The translations under genes were made by a program, and so were the position numbers. 64,000 nt of DNA from Bugula neritina. Lineage: Eukaryota > Animalia > Bryozoa. The stretch covers positions 27,821,673 to 27,885,672 of the forward strand of contig OZ037766.1 in assembly GCA_964035545.1 (NCBI GenBank). The letters are read 5' to 3'. Of this stretch, positions 59,142 to 64,000 are shown piece by piece (position 1 is the stretch's first letter; every line of letters starts with the position of its first letter). The notes beneath the pieces were generated by a model that saw only the letters and a program-made list of their open reading frames with translations, searched no databases and had not been told where the DNA came from.

Positions 59142-60530
59142 CCCACCCCCAGTTATCTGCTTTGCAAAGTCATGAAATTAAGCGGTTGGTAGCTATTATC
59201 GCTTAAAAAAGAAGTGCTATAATAAAAACAAGACATTGGTTTTTAATTCCTCCTTTATTGACATGCAGATGGTTTATGCATATGACCACATGTATTATGG
59301 CTGTAATAAAATCAGCTCAAAACATTCTAACAACCAGACATGATAATAAAACAAAACAATATAATATCAAAATATTATTTTGATACTTCCTTCTCAGCTA
59401 CATAATCTTGATGGTAAAAGCACAAATATTCACATGGATAATTTAAACATAACAAACTTGGAGTGCAAGAGTTCACACTTGGTAGAAAGCAATGAAAAAC
59501 AGACTGGGAAATTGCTAAAACAGATGAATATACAACAAAATGATTACATTACAAATTCTCTTTGCATGTTCAGGTCAACCAATGAAATGTCAAATCTAAA
59601 TATTACCACTGTCATGCTGCAATTTTTCTAAAATGAATAAATAATTGGTTTGCCGTGTGGACTGTACCAGAATGACCTGCTTTTTGAAAAGTATTTTAAA
59701 GAGCAATGGAATTATTCTTCCTGACTCAAATCTCTTTTGTCAAACAAAACATCTACTGCAGAAATATTTAGGTTCAAAGATCAATGACATCTACATAGAT
59801 ATTATTCTCAGTAGACTGTGGGAATGATTTTAGTAAGAGAACAATAACATCTTTAGTCATCATGCAGTAACAAATAAATGCAATTGAAAGCGACAGCTGA
59901 AGGAGAGCATATAAGTTTATGAAAATGCAAGTTTTGAAAAGCAACCTAATTCTCTGTTCACAATTGCTTGACAATAAGATACAGTTTGCAACAGTTTTAT
60001 GTATGAAAATACAGAAGGGAAAGTATTTATATAAAGTGAACGAACATATATAGTTATACTATTCATTTACAGTTGGCTGTAGCTGTATATATAGTTGCAC
60101 TATTTACATAGAATTAATTTAGCTGCAGCTGTATTATTTATACAGAGTTGGCTGTAGCTGTATAGCTTAGTTTTTTAGAACAGAACTGTTGTCAGGTATA
60201 TCAATGATTGAATCATAATTTATACAAAATATAAAGTAGTTAGGTTCCTCTACCTAAATGAAAAATTTATAGCAAAAGTTAAATCTATTTATTTTATCTC
60301 ACTTGATGAGGACTTTGAGTTTTAGTGTTGATTAAGTTCTGATAACGTGAAATCAGAAGTTGAAAACAATTTGGCTGCATGCAGTAGCCTATATATATTG
60401 TTATAAAGATTAACTATAAGTGGAAGATTTCTAAACTTTCAACCAATGAAAGAAAATTATGCTATCATTGACTTATATTATCACTTGCCATTTTTTATCA
60501 AACAGACAAGTACGTCTTGCCTCTATTTGT

Positions 60531-60563
<33 letters not shown>

Positions 60564-60588
60564 CATATATTATATATATATATAAGCT

Positions 60589-61088
<500 letters not shown>

Positions 61089-61501
61089 CATACTACGCCT
61101 TTAATTTCTATGTTAGCTAGAATAAAATTTAGTGATTGCAGCCAAAATATATATATTGCAATTGTTAGACTAGAAGAGTCTAGGTACTCCTGTTTTTCCA
61201 CCACTTTATAACTTTTGTATTAGTTAAGCTTTGCAAGTTTTATTATTTTATTATGTATAAAAATAAATGTGAACTGCAAATTTAACTATAAATAAGACCA
61301 ATGTTTATAGAATGCGTTAAGAAGGCTCTCAAATATCATAAAATATGATCACCCAAACTCCGTACTTATATATAATTTTATATAATGACTATATTAAAAC
61401 TTTGCTTACATAGAAAGTGAAGGCATATAACATATTTTGTTGAGTTACATTGAAAAATGAATATTTAGTAAACATAGTCAGTCTAGCTTGTTGAGCTTCA
61501 T

Positions 61502-63959
61502 TTATCCATAACCCCTAAACATTAAAAAGTTGAAATAAGCTTGATATCGCCTCATCATACTCAGATATCTCTCTGCTTCTATAAAAGCTACAAAAATGTA
61601 GTAAAGAAGATTGGTAAATAATTGTAACACGTTTGTTTATAATAGTGTAGATGTGCATTATAGGCAGTAAAAATTATCAAGCACCAACTTGGATACATTG
61701 TAGTTGGCAAATACTATAAGAAGAATAACATAATCTATATATAGGGACATTGCACAATAGTGGTAAATGTTTAACACTTATAAAAGTATTAGTATAACCG
61801 ATGAGTCATGCTTAATAAAACTTAAACCCTCATTTTATAATTTATATTTTAAAACTTTTTTATATAAGGTTTTATTATGTAGCATTTTCCTTTATACCTG
61901 CAGCTACCATAACAGGCTTATCATTGAAGTGCATGTAACACCAAGTGTTTTTCGATGTTAGTTACAGAAAAATATGCAGCTGGTACCGTTTTATAAAGTT
62001 TCACTATGTCTATTATACATGTAGTATCTGTAAATACTTACTAAGGCATTTTCTTAAGGTAGGATAGTACACATAGCCAATGCAACAAACAATATTAGCT
62101 TCTGGACAGGAGTTGTCTTCTACAATAGTGATGTACTCCTCATAGTATTCTGTTGTTGTTCTAAAACAGGGGACACAAGTTGTTTTAGAAGTGAGTAGAT
62201 TTTAACATATACGTAGAAACTTTTTAGAAGTAATAGAATTGCAATTAGAAAGTCCCATGTCTATAGTTACTATTTTTTGCTATAACTACGATATTTTTCT
62301 GTAACTTACTATTTTCTCACATATGATACTGTAACTCATTTAATAGGTTGATGCACATTTTTGTGAGGTTTCACGGTACTGCACAGAATTAATAAAAGGT
62401 TAAGAATGGAAAACCGATATCTTTTCATGCAGCATCAATGCACCTTGGCTTCAAAGTTATCAATTCAAATCAAATAGAGTTTGAAAGTTTTTGAAAGTTC
62501 TATAAATAGATGAACGTTTAGTAGAGATAAATTTCGTTATGTGAATATATTAATTAACTTTATATCGTCAACTAAAACTGTCTAATCTATGCACCCATAA
62601 TTGTTTGACAATGTACAATGATAAAGTTTTACTGTAGTGTATGCCTGAAGAGCTTTTTAAAATATAGGGAGTAGCTTTGAATAGTGATACAGCTATAAAC
62701 TGCTGTTGCATTTGCCTAAAATAACTTGTTACTATGAGATACTAAAATAACCTTACACTGTTGTGTTGAAAGCAGGAAAATAAAAGGGAATGCATTGGAT
62801 ATGGCCTATAAGCCCACATACATAACGACCTCCTCTTTGTACGACTTTAGTTACTACTCTGGCTCGGACCTGTCAGCACAACACAGAATGAGCACAATAT
62901 TGTATTACAAATTACAAAAATGTATTATGCAGCCAAATAGAAATATTTGTATATGTATAAAGTTCTGGCAGGCTCATATTTGGTCATCAATCTTAAAATT
63001 TAATGCTTGTTTACCATGGTTATAACCACAGAGCTTATTATTAAGTTTTTTTCATTAATTCAGGAAACATCTAAAATTTTAACCTTTCCTTGTATATGTA
63101 AAATTTAATAATAGAACTTGTAAACTTAAAAAACTCACCACTTTCTTTATGCGTGTAATTGTAGTTGGAGTTGTGCTACAACAGGTATTAGGGTTGTCTC
63201 CTCCCTGGACTGATCTTTTCACTATTTCACCACCATTTTCTAACAAGTCCTAAATATATATCAAAAAGAAAATTAGTTTAAATCTTCCCTGAAAGCGCTT
63301 TGATTGTGATAATTTTTAATTGAAAGACAAAATTTATTGAGGTAGATGCAGTGATGAAAACATTTGAAAAAACCCATGTTTGTAAATAAAAAAATATTGT
63401 AATAGAAGTTATGTTCTTGAAAGAGAGTTTTAACCCAAAGCTCGTAAAGACAATGTTAAAAAAGTTAGGCTGTTTAACTTTCTCTGTTCATGCACCTATT
63501 TGAGTCTAACACAAAATAATTAAATATAGCAAAAGTTTTAACAAATTGCATTTCTCTATTTTTATAGAAAATTTCCAGTACACTAGTTACCACATACACT
63601 GTGTTCTTGTAATTGACGAAATTGCAGTTGATTTTATACACATTTATAATACGTGTACATTTTGATTTGCGGTGTATTTTTACATAGTGTTATTATATGT
63701 GAAATGCTATAATAAAATATATTGGAGACAATTCTAATTCACTCACCAGTGCATGGATGCATTCATCAATCATGCTTTGTCTTTCTTCAGCAGAGAGCAG
63801 TGACAAGGCATACCGAGCTCCTGCATCTAGCAGATTCTCCCCATCTTCAGGTACAGCTATGCTGTCATTAAAGTCTTGTCTGTGGAGAGAACCCGGTTGT
63901 GGGATACCTCTGACACCCACAGCAAGTACTAGCAAGGTGATGACAGCTATGAGCTCCAT
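61502..63959 (-). CDS. Secreted cysteine-rich prepro-protein, paralogue C (EMI-like domain), 213 aa
   Basis: Minus-strand exons 63959-63747, 63249-63139, 62869-62757, 62160-62042, 61587-61502 (642 nt). Product: MELIAVITLLVLAVGVRG-IPQ...DECIHALDLLENGGEIVKR|SVQGGDNPNTCCSTTPTTITRIRKVVRARVVTKVVQRGGRYVCGLIGHIQCIPFYFPAFNTTVTTTEYYEEYITIVEDNSCPEANIVCCIGYVYYPTLRKCLTFIEAERYLSMMRRYQAYFNFLMFRGYG*. The non-coding first exon lies outside the window. Confidence 0.9.
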
Positions 63960-64000
63960 GATCCGAACACCTGCAGTGGAATAAGAGAGTAGCAAAATCT

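Noticed and set aside
59380-59830. Two short plus-strand ORFs between the hammerhead repeats as a possible RT or endonuclease remnant
   Set aside because: No RT, GIY-YIG or transposase motifs recognisable in any frame; would need a BLASTx hit.
63757-63984. 75-aa plus-strand ORF
   Set aside because: Antisense to the prepro exon of paralogue C.

Overview
AT-rich animal (invertebrate-like) nuclear DNA with GT-AG introns; the species cannot be fixed from sequence alone. All gene models below were spliced by hand with consistent intron phases. (1) A 14-coding-exon amino-acid transporter of the AAAP/Trp-Tyr-permease-like class on + (678-10538, about 510 aa). (2) A decayed, repeat-built minus-strand coding remnant (about 10.7-14.2 kb). 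(3) A 7-coding-exon, divergent NR3-type (ER/ERR/steroid-receptor-like) nuclear receptor on - (19293-24243, about 533 aa), followed by about 25 kb with no recognisable gene. (4) Three tandem minus-strand paralogues encoding secreted prepro-proteins (signal peptide, acidic pro-region, KR|S site, 8-Cys EMI-like domain, C-terminal helix; 206-213 aa). Between paralogues B and C are two copies of a short element inserted in (TA)n tracts that carries a type I hammerhead ribozyme; one core is intact and the other is mutated. The window also holds a tRNA-derived SINE family (six copies), a degenerate tRNA-like gene, intronic minisatellites at splice junctions and many microsatellites, which explain several of the listed ORFs.
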